Positions 37,176-49,895 of a stretch of DNA of 64,000 nucleotides are shown piece after piece (positions within the stretch are counted from its first letter, which is position 1; each line of letters opens with the position of its first letter). The stretch is from Octopus sinensis (taxonomy: Eukaryota), in assembly GCF_006345805.1 (NCBI RefSeq), contig NC_043023.1, positions 20,150,001 to 20,214,000 of the forward strand, in the 5' to 3' direction. Made by a program: the position numbers and the translations under genes. A model generated the notes under the pieces. The model ran no database searches. It was not told the DNA's origin and saw only the letters and a program-made list of their open reading frames with translations.

Positions 37176-37843
37176 TATGTGTATGTGTATATATATATAT
37201 ATATATATAGATATTGTGTATGTATATATATATATAGATATGTGTATATATATATATATATATATAGATATGTGTATATGTATATATATAATATAGATAT
37301 GTGTATTATATATATATATAGATATGTGTAATATGTATAATAATATATATAGATATGTGTATATATATCATATATATACATATAGATATGTGTATATATA
37401 TATAAGATACATATGATATTGTATATATATATATATATATATAGATATGTGTATATATATATATATATAATATATATAATAGATATGTGTATATATATAT
37501 ATATATATATAGATATGTGTCAATATATATATATATATATAGATATAGATATGTGTATATCTATATATATATATATAGATATGTGTATATAATATATATA
37601 TAATATAGATATAGATATGTTATATATATATATATATATATATATATAGATATGTGTTATATAGATATGTGTATTATAATATATATATATTATATGTGTA
37701 TATATATATGTGTATAATATATATATATATATGTGTATATATATTATAATATATATATATATATATATATAATATATATGTATATATATATTATATAGAT
37801 ATGTGTATATATATATATATGTGTATATATATATATATATAAG

Positions 37844-37874
<31 letters not shown>

Positions 37875-38019
37875 GATATGTGTATTATATATATATATAG
37901 ATATGTGTGCTATATATCTATATATAGATATGTTGTATTATATATATAATTATATATATATATATATAGATATGTGTATATATATATGTGTATATATATA
38001 TGTGTATATATATATGTGT

Positions 38020-38058
<39 letters not shown>

Positions 38059-38130
38059 ATAAGACGAGAGAGATAGAGAGAGATATGTTATATATATATA
38101 GATATATACATATCTATGTATATACATATC
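36985..38130. repeat. (TA)n-based array punctuated by AGATATGTGT
   Basis: About 1.1 kb of (AT)n runs of variable length separated by AGATATGTGT. Confidence 0.95.
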
Positions 38131-38185
38131 TATAGGTGGATATCCATGCCACCATCTCTTCAGTTATCCGGCCTTCCAATGGCTG

Positions 38186-38246
38186 GATAACTGAAGAGAT
38201 GGCGGCGTGGACTTCCACTTCGGCATCCTAAACTTGGAGTTTTATC
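38186..38246 (+). ncRNA. Degenerate hammerhead motif (G12 replaced) beside a 25-bp inverted repeat
   Basis: GATAA-CTGAAGA-GATG..(GTGGA/TCCAC)..CATC-c-TAAA-CTTGGAG-TT-TTATC. The inverted repeat 38149-38173/38181-38205 includes the core. Confidence 0.45.
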
Positions 38247-38448
38247 ATGGCTACCGAACAATTGTCACATATTACATTTACAAATAAATTCCTCGATTTA
38301 CATAATACCGAGGTCTCTTTCATTCTTTTGTTGTCTTGCCATTTCTGTCAATATATATATATATATATATACATATACATACATACATATACATACATAC
38401 ATATACATACATACATACATATACATACATACATATACATACATACAT

Positions 38449-38489
<41 letters not shown>

Positions 38490-38497
38490 TAGATGAA

Positions 38498-38830
38498 GGC
38501 GCATGGCTCAGTGGTTAGAGCGTCGAGCTTACGATCGTGAGGTTGTGAGCTCGAATCCCGGACCGGGCTGCGTGTTGTGTTCTTGAGCAAGGCACTTTAT
38601 TTCACGTTGCTCCAGTTCACTCAGCTGTAGAAATGAGTTGCGACGTCACAGGTGCCAAGCTGTATCGGCCCCTTTGCCTTTCCCTTGGATAACACTGGTG
38701 GCGTGGAGAGGGGAGGCTGGTATGCATGGGCGACTGCTGGTCTTCCATAAACAACCTTGCCCGGACTTGTGTCTAGGAGGGTAACTTTCTAGGTGCAATC
38801 CCATGGTCATTCATGACCAAAGGGGGTCTT
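38498..38830 (+). mobile_element. tRNA-derived SINE family 3
   Basis: Head GGCGCATGGCTCAGTGGTTAGAGC...GAGCTCGAATCCC, then ttcttgagcaaggcact. Related copies at 35330-35490, 50490-50750 and 51993-52225. Confidence 0.75.
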
Positions 38831-39197
38831 TACCCTTTATATAGATAGATAGATGTACACACACTTATATATATATACACACATACAAATGAGGGGGTTC
38901 TGAAAAGTTCCTGGCTTTGGGTAAGTGACATGAATGCAAGGAAACCCAAGCTGGCTGTGACCCCAAAGCAAAGAAGTTGGGAGAGTTTTTGTGGACCCAA
39001 TATCTAATAAGTTAGAGGAAAACCCAAAACTAAGGAAGAACGAGTATCTCAAGTCATTAAGAATAATTACAGTAATTTGAAGTCTTATCCTAATTACCCT
39101 AATTAAATTAGACTTCTAATTACCCTAATTAAATTATTCTAAATGACTTGATATACTCATTTTGCCTCAGCTTTGATTTTTCCTCTAATATAATATA

Positions 39198-39597
39198 CTA
39201 GCAGTATCGCCCGGCGTTGCTCGGGTTTGGAAGGGAAATAACTCTATAAGCATTTTTAGAGATGTAAAGTATAATAGCCATCTCAATATGGCTAACCAGA
39301 AAGGGGGGGGGCGTGTTACTGTAGCTTTTTACGTTCTGAGATTTAATAATAAATTTTTAGAGAGTTACTTCCCTTATATATGTCAAAAATGCATTAAAAA
39401 TGGGAAAAAATGATGGTAAATTTTTTTTTAAATCGTAGACTCATCGTAGACGCGCGCTAATATCCAGAAGGGCTCGATATGAATCACGACTATAAGATAC
39501 CCACTTTTGGTTACACTGCACCGCAAAATGTGGGAGTAGTTAGGAATCTAAATCGTAGGAGACAGACAGCACACAACCTCTCTTTTATATATAAAGA
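39198..39597 (-). mobile_element. Non-autonomous Helitron
   Basis: Minus strand: A|TC...CCCGagcaacgCCGGG-cgatactg-CTAG|T. Confidence 0.8.
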
Positions 39598-40590
39598 TAT
39601 ATATGTATATACATGCTCTCAGAGAAGTGAGGGTCTGAAACTCGGGAGGGTGGTATGGTGCAAGTTTTGGAAAGAGCACGAACATGCGAAACCGAGAGTG
39701 GCTGCCATTTAAGCAATGTCATTTTTCAAGTGTGATGTGGTGGTGTTGCAAAATTATAATATAATACATACAAGCTGTAAGAGAACCCTGATATGGATAT
39801 ATATATATCATCATCATCATTTAACGTCTGCTTCCATGCTGGCAAGCCAGAAGTCAGCACCTGGCTCCAATCTGATCAGGCAAAGTTTCTACAGCTGGAT
39901 GCCCTTCCTAATGCCAACCACTCCGAGAGTGTAATGAGTGCTTTTTACTTGCCACCAGCATGAAGGCCAGTCAGGTGGTACTGGCAACAGCCACGCTCAA
40001 ATGGTGCTTTTTATGTGCCACTGGCACGGGTGCCAGTCAAGTGGTACTGTCATCGGCCACGACAATGACTTCACTTGCCTCAACAGGTCTTCACAAGCAC
40101 AGTTTATTGTCCAATGATTGAATGGTATATTTATTTCTTTACTACCCACAAGGGGCTAATCACAGAGGGGACAAACAAGGACAGACAAACGGATTAAGTC
40201 GATTACATCGACTCCAGTGCATAACTGGTACTTAATTTATCGACCCCAAAAGGATGAAAGGCAAAGTCGACCTTGGCGGAATTTGAACTCAGAACATAAC
40301 AGCAGATGAAATATGGCTACGCATTTTGCCCGGCGCGCTAAGGGCATATTATATAGAGATAAACTTAGATAAGACGAGCTTATGGGATTACTCTAGGTTT
40401 CACACATCCATAAAGCACTAAGCTTGACAGTGTACTGTCGGAGCCCAAAACTGTTGGTTTCTGGCCCCACTAGCAACTAGCCTCTCTAGAAAATGGAGGA
40501 AATGATTCCAATACTCTGTCGGTCAACAACAGGGGGTTCTCTCCCTTTGGCTGTCATTAATGAATGACCTTGTTATTGTACAGGTTACAG

Positions 40591-40666
<76 letters not shown>

Positions 40667-40873
40667 ATATATATATGTGTGTGTGTGTCTGTGTTAGTTT
40701 TGTGGTTTATGTTTTCGTTTCTCATTGTGTTCGACGTTTTTTTGGTGTCCTGTACCCATATATGCATGTATATATACATGTAGAGGTAGGTACGTACATA
40801 TATGTATGTATATATGCATGTGTTTTATTTATTTATTAATTTATATATATATGTATATATGTGTGTGTGTGTA

Positions 40874-40910
<37 letters not shown>

Positions 40911-42244
40911 TATATAATCAGCCGAAATTGTGAGGATGATCCGGTTCTTGACTGAAGATAAAAGGCTTCGAATGACCCGTCCGTATTTTTTTTGTATCAT
41001 CTATCTGGACGTTTTGTTGTCCCTTTTTCTATCACCTAGTTATCCAGATGTTTTGCGTTCTTGTCCCATTTTGTATTTTATTTTATATACAATTATATAT
41101 ATATATATATATATATCTGTAACGGTGTATGTACACTTTGTTCTCTTATGTATGTATATATATATATATATACACACATATGTATGTACAACAGGCTTCT
41201 TTCAACACAGTTATACATTTGTGTGTGTGTGTGTATAAGTGTGTATAAATATATACATACATACATAGATATGTCTACATGTGTGTGTGTGTGTGTATGT
41301 ATATGTATATATATATAATATATATATTTGTATACAGACAAGTTTATATCGATATATAGATATATATGCATGTGTGTGGTGTGTATGTATATACCCATAT
41401 ATGTTGGCACACACACACACACACACACACATTTGTATATTTATCTACATGCATATATATATATACATGTAAATAAATATACAAATGTGTGTATGTGTGT
41501 ATATGTATACACCCATATATGTTGGCACACACACACATTTGTATATTTATCTACTAGCGCGGAAAACGGACGTTAAACGATGATGATGATGATGATGATA
41601 TATATATTATATATTATATATATATATATATATGCATATCCATATATATCTATATATATATGCATCTATATACATCTACATCTTTCTGTCTATATTCACA
41701 CACACAACACACACAACACACACAAAAGCACCAGAGGCAGTTAATTGCCTTGGAATTGTGATTCTGAAAATTTGGCCAAGCATCTTTTCCAAAATGACAG
41801 CAAGTATTTAACCCGAATAGCTAAAAGGTCACAGGGTCATGACCCCTTTCACTCAAATTACCATCTAATTGACATAACTATATCACACACACACACACAC
41901 ACCGCATACATCCATCCATGTGTGGTGTGTGTACGTGTAGCAGACGTGTGTGTGTGTTTGTACGCATGTTCGTTTGCGCATTCGTTTCTTCGACATCCGT
42001 TGTTCAATGCCGTCGTGGGTTTTAGATGTGTTTTAGATGAGGCAGGAGTCTGAGGCCGGATGCCCTTCCTGTCGCCAGTACACACCAGTTTTGCAACCAA
42101 GGGGTCGCTTTAGTCGCCAGACCTGCAAAAGTGCAGAGGAACTGATTGTTGTGTCTGCAAGGAATGTTTACTTCTGGTTTTGTTGGGTTAAAGCAAGAGC
42201 AAAGCTAAAAATACAAAGATTCTGACTCAACGCATTTGCACACT

Positions 42245-42281
<37 letters not shown>

Positions 42282-42359
42282 CTCCATATATATAATATGT
42301 AATATATATATATATATATTATATATATATATATATTTATATATATAATATATATATTT

Positions 42360-42426
<67 letters not shown>

Positions 42427-42462
42427 ATATATAATAATATTATATATTTATATATATATATT

Positions 42463-42499
<37 letters not shown>

Positions 42500-42562
42500 A
42501 TTTATATATATATATTTATATATTATATATAGATATTTTATATATATATATTTATATATATA

Positions 42563-42606
<44 letters not shown>

Positions 42607-43461
42607 ATATATATATATATATTTATATATTGTGAAGACCTGTTGAGGGCAAGTGAAAATCAAATCAATCAAATCAAATCAAAACAAATCAAAATAGATG
42701 ACATCAATGGAAAAACAACTCAAAATAGATGAACATCAATGGAATTTGTATCTTGTGGTACCAGTGCCGGTGGCACACAAGAAAACCATCCGAAACGTGC
42801 CGTAGCCAGTACCGCATCGACTGGCCTCCGTGCTGTGGGCACGTAACAAACACCATCCGATCGTGGCCGTTTGCCAGCCTCATCTGGCACCTGTGTCGGT
42901 GGCACATAAAAACACCATCCGAGCGTGGCCGTCTGCCAACCTCGTCTGGCACCTGTGTCGGTGGCACATAAAAAACACCATCCGAGCGTGGCCGTTTGCC
43001 AGCCTCGTCTGGCACCTGTTTCGGTGGCACATAAAATCACCCACTACACCCTCGGAGTGGTTGGCGTTAGGAAGGGCATCCAGCTGTAGAAACACTGCCA
43101 GATCTGTCTGGACTGGTGCAGCCTTCGGGCTCCCCAGACCCCAGTTGAACCGTCCAACCCATGCTAGCATGGAAAGCGGACGTTAAATGGACGATGATGA
43201 TGATGATCTATATCTATCTATCTATCCATCTATATCTATCTATCTATATATATATCTATATCTATCTATATATATATCTATATTCATCTATATCTATCTA
43301 TTATCTATATCCATCTATATCTATCTATCTATATCTATCTATTTATCTATATCCATCTATATCTATCTATCTATCTATGTCTATCTATTTATCTATATCC
43401 ATCTATATCTATCTATCTATCTATGTCTATCTATTTATCTATATCCATCTATATCTATCTA

Positions 43462-43499
<38 letters not shown>

Positions 43500-43533
43500 T
43501 ATATCTATATGTATATATCTATACATCTATCTA

Positions 43534-43572
<39 letters not shown>

Positions 43573-43789
43573 ATCCATCTATATCTATCTATCTATATAT
43601 ATATACACACATATATATCTATATCCATCTATATCTATCTATATATATATACACACATATATATCTATATGTATATATCTATATATCTATCTATATGTAT
43701 ATCTCAGTCAAATTGTCCAACCCATGCTAGCATGGAAAGTGGACGTTAAACGACGATATTATGATGAGATATATATCTATCTATATATA

Positions 43790-43831
<42 letters not shown>

Positions 43832-43893
43832 ATATATATATATATATACTCTTTTCCTTGTTTCGGTCATTTGACTGTGACCATGCTGGAGCA

Positions 43894-44210
43894 ACATCTG
43901 GATTTTCACAGGTATGGTTGAAAAAGAAAAAAAATAAGTGAATAAGGATTGTGTCTGACCCCTGCAAAACTGCAAGAGGGACTGTCAGTCAACTTGGTAT
44001 CATAATTTCAAATTTAGCACCAAAAGCCCTCGATTCTCTTGGTTCGTTACGAGTAGATTTGGCTGAAGAGAATCAAGTGCTTTTGGGGCAAAATTTGAAA
44101 TCATGATACTAGATTAAATGAGATTCCTTCTTGCACTTTTACAGGGGTAAGACGCAATCCTTATTCCCATATTTTTTTCTTTTCCAACCATACCTGTGAA
44201 AATCTAGTGT
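43894..44210 (+). mobile_element. Diverged fold-back element with hammerhead
   Basis: Arms 43894-44041 and 44065-44210 are visibly homologous inverted copies with many substitutions. The inverted copy stops inside CTGAAGA. Confidence 0.7.
44057..44114 (+). ncRNA. Type I hammerhead motif inside an older fold-back
   Basis: ATTTGG-CTGAAGA-GAAT..ATTT-GAAA-TCATGA-TA-CTAGAT. Stem III is the perfect palindrome ATCATGAT; AUA site (cut after 44108). Confidence 0.75.
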
Positions 44211-44313
44211 TAAATTTTGTGGTTTTGCTGTACTTTTTGACTCCTATTTTTAGCAAAGCTGGTGCTTCATAGCAGCCTGTATTACACACACACACAACAT
44301 ATAATATATATAT

Positions 44314-44346
<33 letters not shown>

Positions 44347-44347
44347 C

Positions 44348-44648
44348 ACGGATCACCGTGACCGACCAGTCCATCAGATGTAGTTACACATCGCTGGTCA
44401 CAATGCTCTTCGCATTGTTTTAGCCTTCGAATGACGCCACCCTGCTGGCTAAGCGAGCAGGCCAACAGAAGGAAGAGTGAGAGGAAGAGTGGTGAAAGAG
44501 TACAGCAGGGATCCCACCCCCTGCCGGAGCCTCGTGGAGCTTTTAGGTGTTTTCGCCCAATAAACACTCACAACGCCCGGTCTGGGAATTGAAACCACGA
44601 TCCTACGACCGCGAGTCCGCTGCCCCAACCACTAGGCCATTGCGTCTC

Positions 44649-44650
<2 letters not shown>
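44348..44650 (-). mobile_element. tRNA-derived SINE family 4
   Basis: Minus-strand tRNA-like head (TGGCCTAGTGG...GGTTTCAATTCC); near-identical copies at 62860-63147 and partial at 50085-50385. Confidence 0.75.
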
Positions 44651-44683
<33 letters not shown>

Positions 44684-44684
<1 letters not shown>

Positions 44685-44880
44685 CTTTATTTGAAGCAGC
44701 AAAAAATTCAACAAAACCTGTTACTCTGAATTTCATCGGACAGATGAACGGCAACGTGAAACTCAGAGTAACAGGTTTTGTTGAATTTTCTGCTGCTTTA
44801 AATAAAGTATATTACTCTATCACTGGTATTTGAGTACTCTTTTTTCCACCTTGTTTCACATTTATGTGTTTACTCTGGTA
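44684..44880 (+). mobile_element. Fold-back element (52-bp arms) between two (TA)n tracts
   Basis: 44684-44735 is the reverse complement of 44757-44808 with few mismatches. Confidence 0.75.
44717..44775 (+). ncRNA. Hammerhead motif split across an inversion junction
   Basis: The plus arm has ATGA-ACG-gcaa-CGT-GAAA-CTCAGAG-TA-ACAG. The inverted arm read on minus has CTGT-CCGATGA-[stem II deleted]-AATTCAGAG-TA-ACAG. Together they reconstruct CTGT-CCGATGA-ACGgcaaCGT-GAAA-CTCAGAG-TA-ACAG. Confidence 0.65.
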
Positions 44881-45090
44881 TATATATATATATATATTTG
44901 TCATTTGTACTGTGGTTAAACTAGTGAATCGTTTCATTCACTCATCTCCATGCGATGACGATGTAAACAACTCAAAATTAATCAGACATGAGGATTAGCT
45001 AAATGGCTTCTGTGTATGTTTTATGCATTATGTAACACACTTTGTTTGGTTATGAAACATATGTAGTCCTTATTTACCTTTTCCATTCCT

Positions 45091-45125
<35 letters not shown>

Positions 45126-47374
45126 ACATACATACATATACATGTGAATATAGGTTTGTATGTGCGTGTGTGTGTGTGTGTGCACATGCCAATGTATTTC
45201 AGAATAGTAAATGTTTGACAAGTGACTTAATCGGAGAATGTATGTTGGAATTGAAGCAATTACATTGTTGAAAAGTCATTTCAGTCATTTAAGAACACAC
45301 ACACACACGAACTCACGTCATACCCACACATGCCACGCTAACCTCAAACGTATTTACACGATAGACACACTGTCAACTCATACACACACCATTCATACTA
45401 CACACGCATATACATCTCCACATACACCTCCACACACATCCGCAAACACACACACACCTACATATCATACACTTTTTGCATCTCCCACACACACACAATA
45501 TACTCACATACATGTACACATACTCTTTTACTTGTTTCAGTCATTTGACAGCGGCCATGCTGGAGCACCGCCTTTAGTCGAGCAAATCAACCCCAGGACT
45601 TATTTTTTGTAAGCCCAGTACTTATTCTATCGGTCTCTTTTGCCGAACCGCTAAGTGACGGGGACGTAAACACACCAGCATCGGTTGTCAAGCAATGCTA
45701 GGGGGACAAACACAAACATACACGCACACATATATATTACATATATATGACGGGCTTCTTTCAGTTTCCACTCACAAGGCATTGGTCGGCCCGAGGCTAT
45801 AGTAGAAGACACTTGTCCAAGGTGCCACGCAATGGGACTGAACCCAGAACCATGTGGTTGGTAGGCAAGCTACTTACCACACAGCCACTCCTCAAATATA
45901 ACACATACACACGCTACATACCTACACCACAATCACACACACACACAATCCTTCTCCCATATGCCGTCCCCTGCTCCTGCCCTGGTCCCCAAACAAATAA
46001 AACCCTAACAAAACTCCATGTTGCCCTTTCTGCCAAGCTGGTCCCTGGCCCCATTTCCTTCCTAAACCTCCAGTAGGTGTGGCTGTGTGGTAAGAAGTTT
46101 GCTTCCTGGCCACAGGGTTCCGGGTTCAGTCCCACTGCGTGGCATGTTAGGCAAGTGTCTTCTACTATAGCCTTGGGCTGACCAAAGCCCTGTGAGTGGA
46201 TTTGGTAGATGGAAACTGTGAGGAAGCTCATTGTATACACACACACACACATACATACACACATACATACATACTTACATACATACATATATACACACAC
46301 ACATACATACATACACACATGCATGCATGCATACATACGTATGTACATACATACACATATACATACATATATACATACATACACACACAAACATGCATGC
46401 ATACATGCATGCATACACACATACATACATGCACACACACATACATATACACACACACATGCATACATACATACATGCACATACATACATACATGCACAC
46501 ATACACATACTTACACACATACATACACATACTTACACACACATACATACATTCATACATACATACACACATAAAGCTGAAGATCAATGAAAAGAGAACA
46601 CCTTTGCTGAACTATTGAGAAGTCTGAAGCTACTCAATCCATATTGCAAGTTCAGGTTTATACCTGTAATTATTTGGGCCCTGTGGATATGTAACACACA
46701 ACCTAAATACCAATCTTGGGAAATTAGACTTCTTGAAACCAGAATAGAGAAAGCTAATTCAAAGACTACAGATCCAATCCATCAATGGCACTGTAAAAAT
46801 CTGTAAGACTTTCCAGAAGTTTATCATTTAAATATATATGAGCATGTCTAGATATGTAGCTATATGCATCAGTATACATACATAAAGCAAAACATACAAA
46901 TCTGCACATATACATACATACATACACACATACATATATACATACATACATACATACATATATACACACATACATACATACATACAAAAATACCCTGTTG
47001 TTGATGTTGAAATTCCAATGAAGGAGCCTTGGATCTAGGTTAGAAACCAGTTCTTTCTCTGTTGGCAAGAAATCTTGAACTAAAACTGAATAAGGACATA
47101 CATAGATATGTATATATCTGTTATGTTTTACTTGTTTCAGTCATTCGACTGGGGCCATGCTGGGGCATTGCTCTGTAGAATTTAGTCGAGTGAATCAACA
47201 GATTACTTATACATCTTAAAACCTTAAAACGTGGTATTTAGTCTATCAGTCTCTTTTGCTGAACCACTAAGTTATCAGGGCATAAACACACAGACACTGG
47301 TTATCAAACAGTGGTCACAGACAAACACACACACATACAAACATATCTATCTACTTATATCAATATATATATAT

Positions 47375-47408
<34 letters not shown>

Positions 47409-47411
<3 letters not shown>

Positions 47412-48382
47412 GGAACCTGTGGAAGAGGTAGACCTAGGAAGACCTGAGATGAAGTGGTGAAGCATGACCTTCAAACATTAGGCCTCACTGAGGCAATGAC
47501 CAGTGACCGAGAATTTTGGAAATATGCTGTGCTTGAGATGACCCAGCAAGCCAAGTGAGACCATAACCTTGTGGCCTAAGCCAGGGGTGTAACCAGCCCA
47601 CTTATGCGCACCTTCTCTTCATTGGACACTGCTTGCGAAGACCTGTTGAGGCAAGTGAAATCGGAATCGAAATCAAATTCGATGACTGACATCCGTGCTA
47701 GTAGGGTGCTAAGAACACCATCCGAGTGTGATCATTGCCAGAGCAGCCAACTGTTGTTCGTGCCAGTGGTACGTAAAATGCACCATTCGAGCGTGATCAT
47801 TGCCAGAGCAGCCAACTGTTGTTCGTTTCCAGTTGTAACGTACATAAAGCCCCATTCGACGTGATCATTGCCAGAGGCCCAACTGTTCTCATGTCCAGTG
47901 GTACGTAAGCACCTTCGTGACATTGCCAGAGCAGCCACTGTTCCATGTACGTAAAAATGCACATTCATGTGATCATTGCCAGAGCAGCCAACTGTTGTTC
48001 GTGCCAGTGGTACGTAAAATGCACCATTCGAGTGTGATCATTGCCAGAGCAGCCAACTGTTGTTCGTGCCAGTGGTACGTAAAATGCACCATTCGAGCGT
48101 GATCGTTTCCAGCATCACCTTGCTGGCCCTTGTGCCAGTGTGCAGGTGACACGTAAAAAAAAAACATGATTTTTCATGACCGTTGCCAGTACCACCTGAC
48201 TGACCCTCGTGCCGGTGGCACATAAAAGCACCCACTACACTCTCGGAGTGGTTGGCGTTAGGAAGGGCATCCACCTGTAGAAACTCTGCCAGATCAGATT
48301 GGAGTCTGGTTTGCCAGCCCTCAGCCAAAATCGTCCAACCCATGCCAGCATGGAAAGCGGACATTAAACGATGATGATGATG
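47409..48382 (+). mobile_element. RTE LINE 3' end: ORF2 tail, long 3'UTR with about seven ~65-nt tandem units, and (ATG)n tail
   Basis: EGTCGRGRPRKT*DEVVKHDLQTLGL...DREFWKYAV is contiguous with the 3'UTR. That 3'UTR recurs 5'-truncated at about 9410-9830(-), 10470-10635, 19005-19265(-), 26545-26800, 28715-28920, 29260-29860, 35570-35885, 39810-40110(-), 42630-43210, 53620-54010, 56280-56530, 56660-57180 and 62590-62855. Confidence 0.75.
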
Positions 48383-49093
48383 TGGCACACACTCATACAT
48401 AATGGGCTTCTTTCAGTTTCCCTCTACCAAATCCACTCACAAGGGTTTAGTCAGCCTGAGGCTTATATTAGAAAACACTTGCCCATGGGTCCATGCAATG
48501 GGACTGAACCCGGAACCATGTGGTTGGGAAGCAAGCTTCTTACCACACGGCCACGCCTATGTATATATATACTTGTGTGTGTGTGTGTGTTTTCATTTGG
48601 GCCCCACCACCACTTGACAACCAGTGTTGGTTTGTTTACATCCGTGTAACCTAGCAGTTTGGCAAAAGAGAACAATAGAATAAATACCAGGCTTTAAAGA
48701 AAGAAAGAAAGAAAGAAGAAATAAACAAGTGGTGGGGGTGGGGGAGGGGTTGATTCGTTCGACTAAAAACTCGAGTTGGTGCCCCAGCATGGCCGCGGTC
48801 TAATGACTGAAACAAGTAACAGACAAATTCTCTTCCTTCCTTCCTTTCCTTAATTACATTCTTCTCTAATTAGAGGTTAATGACTTTTACAAGTCACTTT
48901 GATATACTATAAAGCCATTCCTTTTTATACCGCAACCCCCACCCACCCACCCACCCACTGCCGTTCCATCAAATGCCCCTCCCCCCCACTTTGTATTCAC
49001 ATTTGAACTTTAGTCTTGTTCGGCCATCTCTTCCTTTCACATTCAATTCTTTTTTTTTCCACTTCTTTCTTATTTTATTATTATTATTATTAT

Positions 49094-49895
49094 TGAGTGA
49101 GAGAGCAGAGCATGCCATCAAAGTGACACTGGGGTAAAATATACGAAGCCCATTGTACCCATCATGACTACCCGTCTGATAAGGGTACACCAGGCACATG
49201 CATCACAACCATATGTGCGCGACATGGTGATCTCATATCAAGATAAACAGCACATGACCTTGCAGGTGGGGCCCAGTTAGAATTACCTTCTGGTCGAGTA
49301 GCCCATCCTGCTCAAAAGGTCCCTGAATAAGGATTGTTTAAGGATTATATTATCATTATTATCATTATCATTATCATTATTATTGAGAGAGAGAGCAGCA
49401 CATGCCATCAAAGTGACACTGGGGTAAAATATACGAAGCCCATTGTACCCATCATGACTACCCGTCTGATAAGGGTACACCAGGCACATGCATCACAACC
49501 ATATGTGCGCGACATGGTGATCTCATATCAAGATGAACAGTGCATGACCTTGCAGGTGGGGCCCAGTTAAAATTTTCTTCTGGTCGAGTAATCCATCCCG
49601 CTCAAAAGGTCCCTGAATAAGGGTTGTTTAAGAATGTCGAACGAAACACCCATGTTTCCAGAGGTGAATTATTCAAACCCCAAAGAATCCCTCTCAACAC
49701 ATGGCTATGATGTTCCCCACTACTTCTGCTCGTGATCAGAGATGCACATATCATCACCCACCCAAGGGACATGCTCAACTGGTTAAGGTCAAACAACTGA
49801 CAAGCTAATCTGTGGTATTGAGCAGAATATTTGCTGTAGCCCATCTTTTATACCAAGACTAAACAATGTACATGATAACACTTCCAGTCAGTTAA
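49094..49895 (-). mobile_element. (AAT)n-flanked interspersed repeat with a tandemly duplicated end; fragments also at 35000-35190 and 7930-8110
   Basis: About 250 nt repeated with a period of 290 (49094 and 49384), separated by (ATT/ATC)n. Confidence 0.65.

Noticed and set aside
36985-38130. Idea that the AGATATGTGT/(AT)n array is telomerase-like reiterative synthesis from the adjacent element end
   Set aside because: The same unit occurs upstream of the element (36769-36778), so the array predates the insertion.
39013-39187. Diverged ~56-bp inverted repeat with an internal duplication
   Set aside because: No ribozyme core and no clear TIR/TSD; probably an old MITE remnant.
42850-43040. 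CCAGCCTCGTCTGG in the ~60-nt RTE 3'UTR unit resembles HDV ribozyme P3/L3
   Set aside because: L3 is too short, and no P1, P1.1 or P2 partners or catalytic J4/2 could be placed.
47720-48110. Regular repeats superficially like a CRISPR array
   Set aside because: Eukaryotic context, contiguous tandem units without unique spacers, and no cas genes.
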